Source: Clostridia bacterium | GTDB lineage: Bacteria; Bacillota; Clostridia; Acetivibrionales; STF1-152 | Length of the DNA: 64,000 nucleotides | Assembly: GCA_028280575.1 (NCBI GenBank) | Contig: JANQLN010000067.1 | Span: forward strand, 17,325-81,324 | Reading direction: 5' to 3' | In this document: piece after piece, positions 36,290-44,832 of the stretch | Numbering within the stretch: the stretch's first letter is position 1 | Layout of the letters: each line of letters begins with the position of its first letter | The notes under the pieces: model-generated | Database searches by the model: none | What the model saw: the letters and a program-made list of their open reading frames with translations, nothing else | What the model was told of the DNA's origin: nothing | Position numbers and translations under genes: made by a program

Positions 36290-37405
36290 TTAAATAGTAT
36301 TTTTGAGCAATTGAGTTGAAGAGCGCCGCTTTAATTCAGGCGGCAGTATAATTTTTTCATATTCCCTGTCCGGCTCTTCAATAATTCTATTAATAAGCTT
36401 AACAGCTTCTTTTCCCATTTTTTCTCCCTGCTGGATAACGCACGTCGGAGGTACTTTAAACATATCTGCATACTGATAATCATCAAAGAATACTACAGAA
36501 ATATCCTCAGGTATTGATAATCCTTCTGCTTTCATTCCCACAAAAAGCTTTCTTCCTATTTCGTTATTTATAGTCAATAATGCCGTCATATCATTGTTTC
36601 TTTTTAAATATTTTGTAATCTGCTCTATTTCCGTCTTGATATCCTGGGTTATAATTTCATCCAGCCTCAGCCTGTAATCAACGGGCAATCCATTATCCGC
36701 AAGTGCTTTTTCATAGCCTCTTATCCTGTCCTCTACGCTGCTTGATTGACTATATATTGAAATAAAGCCGATTTTTTTGTGGCCAAGCTCTATTAAATGA
36801 CGGGTGGCCTCATAAGCACCTGTAAAATTGTCCGTATGCACCACGTTGGTGTTTATCCCCTTTAAATACCTGTCTATCACAACCAAAGGAAACCGTTTTA
36901 AGGTAAGTTTTAATATCTCTGTGTTATAAAGCTCTCCTTCAACAGGATATATTATTATTCCATTTACTCCTGCCAACGACATTTTTTTTATCTTTTTTTC
37001 CTCCTTTTCAATTAATTCATCTGTTTTATGGACAATAACATTATACCCACAAGACTCTGCCTGGCACAAAACCCCTCTCAATATCTCCAGGATAAAACTG
37101 CTGTTGAGTTGCGGTAATATCAATGCAATTGTCTGTACATTTTCTTCAAAATTATATTCACTAACTTCAATATATTTTTTTGCACCACTAGCTACAAATG
37201 TTCCTCTGCCCTGCATCCTATATACCTTTCCTTCCTGTGAAAGAATATTCAGGGCTCTTTTTGCAGTTATTCTGCTGACACTAAATTTTTCCATAAGCTC
37301 ATTTTCAGAGGGTACCCTGTCATCAGGCTTTAACTCATCCATTTCAATCATGTTTTCTATATACTTTTTAATTTGAAGATATAATTGTTCCTTGTTATTT
37401 ATCAT
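36290..37405 (-). CDS. Paralogous GntR-HTH/LacI-type sensor regulator (AraR architecture)
   Basis: It is collinear with the 34693-35817 product. By eye about two thirds of residues are identical, including long identical runs (NTNVVHTDNF.GAYEATRHLIELGH, KTEIEQITKYLK). Confidence 0.8.
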   Translation of the reverse strand: MINNKEQLYLQIKKYIENMIEMDELKPDDRVPSENELMEKFSVSRITAKRALNILSQEGKVYRMQGRGTFVASGAKKYIEVSEYNFEENVQTIALILPQLNSSFILEILRGVLCQAESCGYNVIVHKTDELIEKEEKKIKKMSLAGVNGIIIYPVEGELYNTEILKLTLKRFPLVVIDRYLKGINTNVVHTDNFTGAYEATRHLIELGHKKIGFISIYSQSSSVEDRIRGYEKALADNGLPVDYRLRLDEIITQDIKTEIEQITKYLKRNNDMTALLTINNEIGRKLFVGMKAEGLSIPEDISVVFFDDYQYADMFKVPPTCVIQQGEKMGKEAVKLINRIIEEPDREYEKIILPPELKRRSSTQLLKNTI

Positions 37406-37515
37406 TTCCTGTCACCTCTAATTTAGAAAAATATATTAATATCTCTATACTTTACATAAATCAATTATATAACAAGTATACCTTTTAAGTCAATTTCGAC
37501 AGGTTTTGAGCTTTT

Positions 37516-37840
37516 CTATTTTTTAAAATTGAGAAGATTTATGTGTATAATGAAACAGTTATCATTGGGAATGAATTTTGAAAATGTTAGTGTATAGGTT
37601 CTTGAAAAAGGCGTAATTTGCGGCATGGATGATGATTTTTGCTTTAGCAAAATATCATACCTACTGAAAGCATCGCGCAGCGATAGTTATTGCAAAGCCG
37701 GCATCTGAACTACGGATGGTGAATATGCCGGGTAGCCTTTTTCAATGTTCTAGACACTTACTTTTTCTTAATGAATGGACTGATAAATGGTTCATTATAC
37801 GCGTAAATTTATACCTATTTTTTTAAATTGAGAAGATTTT
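37516..37840. repeat. Non-coding inverted-repeat element bracketed by a 25-nt direct repeat
   Basis: The imperfect arms are 37539-37612 and 37735-37806, with identical ends (GTATAATGAA and GAAAAAGGC). The 122-nt core holds three local hairpins. The direct repeat CTATTTTTT(A/T)AAATTGAGAAGATTT occurs at 37516-37540 and 37815-37840. Confidence 0.6.
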
Positions 37841-37853
37841 GAGCCAAGGGGAC

Positions 37854-38531
37854 TCAATCCAGATAAACCTTTTTCATAATGCCCGCATTCCCGTTTTCTT
37901 TCGCTCTCTTTTTTATTTTGCGGTTCAAATAAGCAGCTAACGGCCGGTATAATATTTTAGGTATTTTCACTGTTATTAAATCCTGGCATGCAGAAGGTAT
38001 TTTTTTATTCTCCCCGATATTTTCAAGGGCAATTTCAAATGACTTTGTTAACTTCTCTCCTTCTTTCCCAAGGTTTTCTAAATGTGTCCCGTCAATCATT
38101 GCTCCTCCCCCATATGCAAGTCCTCCAAACCATTTCATCCAGGTTTCCAATGCAAAAAGCCTGCATTCATCAATCAGGGGTTCTACTCGTGTTATATCAG
38201 GAAATCCACACTGTCCTACGGCAAAAAAAACCTTATTTCTTAAATCACAGCCTGGCTCGTCAGCCATCTTTTCCATAAGCCAGATATCAAAAAACGGCAA
38301 AGCATCAGAATATATGGGTGCTATCATGGCTATAACATCACTTTTGGCAGCTAAATAATAAAAATCAGCCAATTCTTTTTTCCTGTCAAAATAATCTATG
38401 GCATGAACAATTTCAGCAGTGTCCCCAGAATTTTTGGCAAGCATTTTGATTGTCCTGGCAAAGCTTGCGGATGTGCCTTTTTTTCTTGGGCTTCCATTAA
38501 TTAAAAGAATTTTTTTTCTGCTCAGCTTCAA
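37854..38531 (-). CDS. Flavodoxin-like fold NAD(P)H-dependent FMN reductase family protein
   Basis: The N-terminal block KILLINGSPRKKGTS is typical of the FMN_red/Flavodoxin_2 families. Confidence 0.65.
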   Translation of the reverse strand: MKLSRKKILLINGSPRKKGTSASFARTIKMLAKNSGDTAEIVHAIDYFDRKKELADFYYLAAKSDVIAMIAPIYSDALPFFDIWLMEKMADEPGCDLRNKVFFAVGQCGFPDITRVEPLIDECRLFALETWMKWFGGLAYGGGAMIDGTHLENLGKEGEKLTKSFEIALENIGENKKIPSACQDLITVKIPKILYRPLAAYLNRKIKKRAKENGNAGIMKKVYLD

Positions 38532-38540
38532 TGCACCTCC

Positions 38541-39077
38541 TTAAAGCACAGCACTTATTTTTTGTTTTATTTTCATTATGTCTTCTGAAAACTTTATTAT
38601 AATGGATTTGTGCTCATATTGAAGATTCCATGCATTGTTTTCCACAAGCCTTACGAAACAGTTTTCCTGGTCCACGGAATCTCCTTCGTAAGCTCCTACG
38701 GCAATGAGCTTTTTCTCTCCATACCGCGCCGGATGAAGCAGGTGTCCTTGCCTGACAGTGTATAAAGGAAAGCACAGGTTCATAAACCTATCCACCGCTT
38801 TTTTAAGGCAGGACGAATACCCACCGAACCTTATCTGGGTAAGCATTACAAGTATATTCCCTTTTGCAATGGACCGCAGTATATCATGCATATCATCCTT
38901 AATCACACATTTTCCCGGTGACTTATACTCACAGGCTCCACAGGACCTGCAGGGCAATATATTCATATCGGCAGGCTTAAATAATGATATGTCTTTTTCA
39001 TTTTCCCTGCACCTGTCAACAACTGCCTTTGATATAAAACTGCCCTTCTCCATGGCATCAATTATAACGGTTGACAT
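38541..39077 (-). CDS. Flavodoxin-like protein with a Cys cluster (iron-sulfur flavoprotein-like)
   Basis: Contains CRSCGACEYKSPGKC within a flavodoxin-like scaffold. It lies 9 nt upstream of the next gene. Confidence 0.55.
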   Translation of the reverse strand: MSTVIIDAMEKGSFISKAVVDRCRENEKDISLFKPADMNILPCRSCGACEYKSPGKCVIKDDMHDILRSIAKGNILVMLTQIRFGGYSSCLKKAVDRFMNLCFPLYTVRQGHLLHPARYGEKKLIAVGAYEGDSVDQENCFVRLVENNAWNLQYEHKSIIIKFSEDIMKIKQKISAVL

Positions 39078-39102
39078 AAATTTCTCCCCTATTCATTCAG
39101 CA

Positions 39103-39495
39103 TTATTGTTCAAAGGTTACCAAGGCATTCTCAATTGACTTAAGATATGCCTTGCTGCTTACGGTTGCTCCAGAAACCATATCCACTTTAAGGCTTTGCT
39201 TGCTGACCACCTTCTCAACAAGCTCTTTTGAAACCTCGGGATTTGTAAATAATGCATCCTTAACTATGCTGATATCAGTGATTTTATGATTTTCCACAGT
39301 TACTTTTACCTCATTGGTCCATCTTCCTGCCCTGTATTCTCCGTTGTATATTCCATCATCCAGTAACGAAAGGTCTACATCGTTGATTTCAACATTGCTT
39401 CCTTTATCAAGGCCCCTGGTTAAATAGAAAATTCCTCCCCCGGCCAGCAGCACAAAAACAATTAATACCGATACTATGATTTTTGTTAATTTCAT
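39103..39495 (-). CDS. Membrane-anchored FMN-binding domain protein
   Basis: An N-terminal TM helix and the C-terminal FMN_bind signature VDMVSGATVSSKAY. Confidence 0.75.
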   Translation of the reverse strand: MKLTKIIVSVLIVFVLLAGGGIFYLTRGLDKGSNVEINDVDLSLLDDGIYNGEYRAGRWTNEVKVTVENHKITDISIVKDALFTNPEVSKELVEKVVSKQSLKVDMVSGATVSSKAYLKSIENALVTFEQ

Positions 39496-39613
39496 ATATT
39501 ATGCACCCTTTCATATTATTTTATGTAATACATTGCATATTTCAATCCAGTATTTGGATAAATGTCAAGTGCTTTATTTCATTACAATAGTGGTCTGTAA
39601 CATGTGAAATTTG

Positions 39614-40063
39614 TCAGGTTTTTCTTATGGTTTCATTTTTGCAAACGGGGCATGTTGTTTTTATTTTGCCTTTATCCTTAGGAACCCTCAGGTTGTTTCC
39701 ACAGGATTTGCATTTAAAAAATATATAATACTTTTTATCTTCCTGTATCTTTTTGTGTTTTTTGTATTTAGTTTTAAGGTAAAGGTACAATTTTAACAAG
39801 CTCCTGGAAAACTCCCGTAACAAGTTGTTTAGCTTAAACCCGATTTTTTTATTATACCAGTTTAATTCCTGCTGCCTTTTGTATTTATTTCTTGAAAGCA
39901 TCCTGTACAAGGCAAGTGTCAGGAAAACATATGATAAAATAAAAACATAGGGTATATTTAAAAATACTACCGACATTATGAGTAAAAATAAATTTAAAGC
40001 ATCCGTACCATATCTCCCGGCAAAAAAATTCTCCAGCATTTTTTTGAAATTATGTGTATTCAT
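39614..40063 (-). CDS. Hypothetical membrane protein with a C-terminal zinc ribbon
   Basis: Two hydrophobic helices and a basic linker. The C-terminal sequence CKSCGNNLRVP...CPVCKNE gives two CxxC pairs. Confidence 0.55.
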   Translation of the reverse strand: MNTHNFKKMLENFFAGRYGTDALNLFLLIMSVVFLNIPYVFILSYVFLTLALYRMLSRNKYKRQQELNWYNKKIGFKLNNLLREFSRSLLKLYLYLKTKYKKHKKIQEDKKYYIFFKCKSCGNNLRVPKDKGKIKTTCPVCKNETIRKT

Positions 40064-40109
40064 TTCATACCATATCCTTCTTTATGATTTATATAGTAAA
40101 ACACCTGTA

Positions 40110-41000
40110 CTAATTAGAGCCGCCACATTGTTTTAAATGGCCGTATAATGTCCTTCCCGTCTTTGTCATTGCCAGGCCGCCTTCGCCTGTTTCCTTAAGG
40201 CATGACGGAATCATGTTTCCTACCGATTTCATAGCATCTATTACTTCATCGGCAGGTATTGCACTATTAATTCCTGCCAGTGCCAATTCAGCGGCAACAA
40301 TTGCATTAGCGGCTCCCGAAGCATTTCTTTTTATGCAGGGAACCTCTACAAGGCCGGCAACAGGGTCACACACAAGTCCCAGCACTGCTTTTAACGCAAT
40401 GGCACATGCATGGGATATCATATCGGGAGTACCGTCCAACAGTTCAACCGCAGCTCCTGCAGCCATTGCGGAAGCAGCTCCGCACTCTGCCTGGCAGCCT
40501 CCCTGTGCACCTGACAGGCTGGCCCTGTTTGAAATCACCATACCAATAGCTGCTGCTGAGAATAAGCTTTTCAACACCTTTTTTCTGTTTATTTTATACT
40601 CCTCCATAATTGTAATGGTTACCGCGGGCAAAATACCGCATGAACCTGCGGTAGGAGCAGCAACTATTTTCCCCATGGAAGCATTGCTCTCTGCTGCCGC
40701 TAAAGCTTTTACCAGTACACTGTTTAACATTGGCCCTGCAAGGGTCTTTCCTCCATCTGAAGCTTTTTTAAGCCTGTAAGCTTCTCCGCCTGCGCGGCCG
40801 CTTGCATATTTCACATCCGGCTTAAGACAGCTCTCTACACTTTCCTCCATAACCTTAAAAAGTTTTTCCATATCTTCAAAAATATCTTCAACACTTTTTT
40901 CCATCTGCTCCGCCTGGTCTTCTATAACAATATCCGATATGCATTTTGATTTACAATTGGCCCTGTTTACAAGCTCCGATATACTATGATAGAAAATCAT
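40110..41000 (-). CDS. sdaAA: L-serine dehydratase, iron-sulfur-dependent, alpha subunit
   Basis: 296 aa with family-typical Gly/Ala/Cys-rich blocks (PTAGSCGILPA, GGCQAECG). It is paired with the beta subunit upstream. Confidence 0.9.
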   Translation of the reverse strand: MIFYHSISELVNRANCKSKCISDIVIEDQAEQMEKSVEDIFEDMEKLFKVMEESVESCLKPDVKYASGRAGGEAYRLKKASDGGKTLAGPMLNSVLVKALAAAESNASMGKIVAAPTAGSCGILPAVTITIMEEYKINRKKVLKSLFSAAAIGMVISNRASLSGAQGGCQAECGAASAMAAGAAVELLDGTPDMISHACAIALKAVLGLVCDPVAGLVEVPCIKRNASGAANAIVAAELALAGINSAIPADEVIDAMKSVGNMIPSCLKETGEGGLAMTKTGRTLYGHLKQCGGSN

Positions 41001-41090
41001 GTCTATCCTCCTAAAATAAGCAATTGGCTCATTAACCGGTTTAAAGTAATGAGAATACCAAATGTTGTATATGCTCTTGAAGCAAAATTA

Positions 41091-41750
41091 TCAAAATGCA
41101 TATACAATTATACAGTCAATTATACCTGGAAGCTTTCTTACTTCCCGGGAAATTTCATTATCAAGCTCCTGGTCCGTTTCAATAACCATGATTGCATTTC
41201 CCTTTTTTTCTTTCCTAAAAACCTTCATGCTTGCTATATTTATATTATGGGCTGCTAGTATATGGGTAACCAGTGATATTGCTCCCGGCTGGTCACGGTG
41301 AGGTACAATCAGGGTATGGTACTGGCATGAGAACTCAACCTCAATACCGTTAATATTGCTTACAAGTATATTTCCACCGCCCGTTGACGCGGCGGTGATG
41401 CTTATTTTTTTGCCTGATTTTCCAACAGCGGATATTGACGCCATATTTGGATGAGTGCTGTCATCAAAGCTTTTCCCGAATGAAAATGAAAGACCTCTTT
41501 TCCGGGCAATGTTTATGCTGTCCCGTATTTCCGCGTCTGCCACATCATATCCCAGCAGGCCGGCTATAATACCCTTGTCCGTACCATGTCCCTTGTATGC
41601 AGCAGCAAAGGATCCGTAAAAAATAATGTTTGCTTCCTTTATATTTTCACCAATCAATATTTTTACAATCCTGCCTATCCTGACTGCCCCTGCCGTATGC
41701 GAACTGGAAGGACCGATCATTATGGGTCCAAGCACATCAAAAACATTCAT
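41091..41750 (-). CDS. sdaAB: L-serine dehydratase, iron-sulfur-dependent, beta subunit (with C-terminal ACT-like domain)
   Basis: The N-terminal block VFDVLGPIMIGPSSSHTAGA is diagnostic. The C-terminal domain is ACT-like. Confidence 0.9.
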   Translation of the reverse strand: MNVFDVLGPIMIGPSSSHTAGAVRIGRIVKILIGENIKEANIIFYGSFAAAYKGHGTDKGIIAGLLGYDVADAEIRDSINIARKRGLSFSFGKSFDDSTHPNMASISAVGKSGKKISITAASTGGGNILVSNINGIEVEFSCQYHTLIVPHRDQPGAISLVTHILAAHNINIASMKVFRKEKKGNAIMVIETDQELDNEISREVRKLPGIIDCIIVYAF

Positions 41751-41868
41751 ATCTAACGCCCCGTCTACTGCTACAGCTAAAATCCTGTTATTTAATCATT
41801 CCTTAGCAATTATAGCACTACATTATTAAATCATCAATGGAAATTGCATAAATAAATTTTTACAGCTC

Positions 41869-42915
41869 TTATGCTGATTTAAATCTGCTGTATAAAAGGC
41901 TTGCCAGAAGTATCAATCCGCCATATCCCACTATAGGGTATAAATACTTTACAAGATTTGAAAATCCGAATTGGCTTGCTGCAAACGCTATCAGTGCTGT
42001 CCCGGCAATAATATACGGAGCCTTTTTTGAATTGACATCTGTTATTCTTACCGTAAATCCATAAAGGCTTCCTACGGCAGTCGTATATATTTCCGCAATA
42101 AGCACTATTGCATAAACAACCTGAATAGCCATTGATATCCGGCCGGCTATATAAATCATGGGAACTTCAACATTTGTCAAATCAATAATATTGCCTGAAA
42201 TTGCAAAATATATTGCAATTGCTCCAAGCCCAAGGCCCAATCCGCCAAATATTGCACCATTTTTCACTGCCTTTTTACTCTTTGCATTTTTGCCAAGAGG
42301 ACCTAATACCGCTATTGCAAGGACCATATTATAAGAAATATAAAGAATGGCGGCCCAAAACCAGCCTTGAATCAATTCACTGCTTACAGCCGTAAAGCTT
42401 GCTTCCGGCTTAGCCGGCATAAAAACAATTGTGAAAATACTTACTCCTACGGCAGATGTCAATAAAAAGGGCACAATTACGCTTATGGAGTTAATTACAC
42501 CTGTAGTTCCGGATAATACGGTTACTACTGTTGCAAATACCATTATAATGTTTCCCCAAAGACTTGATATCCCAAACTGCTGGTTGACCAGCGCACCTGA
42601 GCCCGCAATCATAGCAGTTAAAGCGCCAAACAGAAAAAATGTGATAATGGCATCAATCACCCCGCCCACATACTTTCCGCTTGTATGCCTTATTATTTCA
42701 AGATGTGACTTAGAGCCAAGACTCATGCCCAGGTCCATTATTATATATCCAAACACTATAAATAATATTGTAGCTATAACCAGACCATAAAGCCCCCTGC
42801 TTTTAAATACTGCAAAAAACTGCAGGATTTCCTGCCCTGATGCAAAACCTGCTCCAACAACAGTTCCAATATAGGCAGCAGCAACTTTCCAGGTTGATAT
42901 TTTTCCGGTTTCCAT
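41869..42915 (-). CDS. YkvI-family membrane transporter (possible serine/amino-acid permease)
   Basis: Contains AAAYIGTVVGAGFASGQEILQFF and about 11 hydrophobic helices. I chose the ATG at 42915, preceded by AAAGGGTGG. It lies upstream of sdaAB. Confidence 0.65.
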   Translation of the reverse strand: METGKISTWKVAAAYIGTVVGAGFASGQEILQFFAVFKSRGLYGLVIATILFIVFGYIIMDLGMSLGSKSHLEIIRHTSGKYVGGVIDAIITFFLFGALTAMIAGSGALVNQQFGISSLWGNIIMVFATVVTVLSGTTGVINSISVIVPFLLTSAVGVSIFTIVFMPAKPEASFTAVSSELIQGWFWAAILYISYNMVLAIAVLGPLGKNAKSKKAVKNGAIFGGLGLGLGAIAIYFAISGNIIDLTNVEVPMIYIAGRISMAIQVVYAIVLIAEIYTTAVGSLYGFTVRITDVNSKKAPYIIAGTALIAFAASQFGFSNLVKYLYPIVGYGGLILLASLLYSRFKSA

Positions 42916-42978
42916 CTCTACCACCCTTTTTCAATTGCTTCTAATGGAACTATTATTCCCAATAAAAAAATTTTCATC

Positions 42979-43013
42979 AAAAAATCAAGGCGAAAATCAC
43001 CTTGATTTTTTTT
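42979..43013. terminator. Bidirectional intrinsic terminator between the sulfatase gene and the ykvI-like gene
   Basis: An AATCAAGG / CCTTGATT 8-bp stem with a 9-nt loop. It is flanked by an A-run on one side and a T-run on the other. Confidence 0.7.
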
Positions 43014-43058
43014 AAAGCTTCAAAGATATGTTATGATATGGTCTTAGGGCATGCCCTA

Positions 43059-44564
43059 TCAAGCTCCCCATATTCTCGGCATCCACAAAGGCTCCTTGCC
43101 AAGTTCCGCCCATATATATTTAAGCAAAAGCTCGTTTTTAAGTTCAATACAGTCAGGATTGTCCCATAGGTTATTGACCTCGCCGGGATCATTTTCAAGA
43201 TCAAACAGCTCTCCATACTCCTGATTGTAGTATACGGTTATTTTATACCTTTTATCTACATAGGTTTTCAAATGAAGGGTGGGGTGCTCATGGTGGTTTT
43301 CACATAATATATGATCCCTTGCCTTCTCTTTTTTACCAAACCATACATTGCTCTGGTCCACTCCCGTCATAAAGCGGGGCACGGTTAAACCTGCCACATT
43401 TAAAAAGCTGGGGGCAAGATCAACCAGTGACTGCATTTTATCGGATACCTTTCCTGCCGGTACCACTCCCGGCAAACGGGTAATAAAAGGAATCTTAATC
43501 ATATCTTCGTAGTGGAAAGCTCCCTTTGCAATAAGGCCGTGATGTCCAAAAAAGTGCCCGTGGTCCGTTGTGAATACCACCAGGGTATTATCCGCAAGGC
43601 CTAAATCCTCAAGCCTGTCAAGTATCTTACCTATGTATTTGTCCATTAAGGATACCATTCCATAATATATGGCAGCGTTTTTTTTAAGCTCATCACTGTC
43701 ATATAAATGGGAATGAAAACCATGAAGCCCGTACCGGATTTTATATTCCGTATAATCAGGATTTTCCTCCTGTGTCTTTTGAAAATGAGGCGGATTTTTA
43801 TCATGCTCTCCCTCTGTTACGGCGGACATAGTAAGACTGTCGGGATCATACATGGTATCCCAGGGCTCCGGGACAAAATAGTCGGGATGGGGGTCCAAAA
43901 AGCTTGCCCACATGAAAAAGCTTTCGTCGTTTTCCTTGTACTTTTCCAGCCGGGCATTAACCCTTTCGGCAATCCAGGCGTCGTAATGATATTCTTCAGG
44001 TATTTTCCAGGTACGTTTTTCCGATCTATCCATGTTTCCCGTTGGGGGCAGGAAATAATCCCTCCAGTTATGAAGTCCCTTTTCTTCCATCCAGAGTGCA
44101 TAATGCTGTCCTGCATGTGCTTCATTAGTATGGTTCCTGGCAAGCTCCACATGTTCAAAACCATAGAAGCTTTCTTTGTAGCTTTTCCAGAAATCCAAAT
44201 CCTGGAGTATCGGATACGCCTCCAATGAGGGATACTCTTCCGTACTTTTCAGCGGCTGAAAATGTGCTTTGCCGATAAGGCATGTCCTGTATCCCCCCTT
44301 TATGAAATCCTCACCTACGGTATGTTCGTCTTCCGGAAGCTTTGTTCCTAAAGACCATGCTCCATGCTGGCTTGGATATTTGCCGGTTATAACGGAGGCC
44401 CTGGTAGGTGTACAGGTAGGATTGGGACAATAAGCCCTTGTAAAGGTGGTTCCTTCCGCTGCAAGCCTGTCAAGGCTGGGAGTGGATATTTCATTGTTAA
44501 ATGCGCCAATTGTATTCCAATGCTGCTGGTCACTTGTAATTAAAAGTATATTGGGTTTTTTCAT
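43059..44564 (-). CDS. Cys-type sulfatase (formylglycine-dependent), cytoplasmic
   Basis: Contains ILLITSDQQ and the CTPTRAS (C-x-P-x-R) active-site signature. No signal peptide. Confidence 0.85.
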   Translation of the reverse strand: MKKPNILLITSDQQHWNTIGAFNNEISTPSLDRLAAEGTTFTRAYCPNPTCTPTRASVITGKYPSQHGAWSLGTKLPEDEHTVGEDFIKGGYRTCLIGKAHFQPLKSTEEYPSLEAYPILQDLDFWKSYKESFYGFEHVELARNHTNEAHAGQHYALWMEEKGLHNWRDYFLPPTGNMDRSEKRTWKIPEEYHYDAWIAERVNARLEKYKENDESFFMWASFLDPHPDYFVPEPWDTMYDPDSLTMSAVTEGEHDKNPPHFQKTQEENPDYTEYKIRYGLHGFHSHLYDSDELKKNAAIYYGMVSLMDKYIGKILDRLEDLGLADNTLVVFTTDHGHFFGHHGLIAKGAFHYEDMIKIPFITRLPGVVPAGKVSDKMQSLVDLAPSFLNVAGLTVPRFMTGVDQSNVWFGKKEKARDHILCENHHEHPTLHLKTYVDKRYKITVYYNQEYGELFDLENDPGEVNNLWDNPDCIELKNELLLKYIWAELGKEPLWMPRIWGA

Positions 44565-44832
44565 AATAATATAACTCCTTTGCAGTTATTATTCATACGG
44601 CGGGTCAAATTTTCTGCTTTTTTAATTATAAACGTAAAAATAATATCTTTAAATGGATAAAAAAGATATCTTTTATAAAATTCAGTTATTTTTTTGAATT
44701 AGCAGGCAAATTAAATTATAATTATCAATAGAAACAGCTTTAATTCTTGCATTATGACGTTAAATCCGGAAGCAGGCAATTAGTTAATGCAAAAGTGATT
44801 ATTTATATAATTAAGGGCGGTGTTTAATAAAA

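Noticed and set aside
37539-37806. The inverted-repeat element read as 6S RNA or SRP RNA.
   Set aside because: The length and the lack of conserved features (the SRP helix-8 motifs, or a 6S central bubble with its typical size) do not fit. I cannot support either assignment by eye.
44739-44763. The TTGCAT core of the recurrent motif as a sigma-54 (-12) element.
   Set aside because: The required GG of a TGGCAC -24 box is absent at the correct spacing in all four copies.
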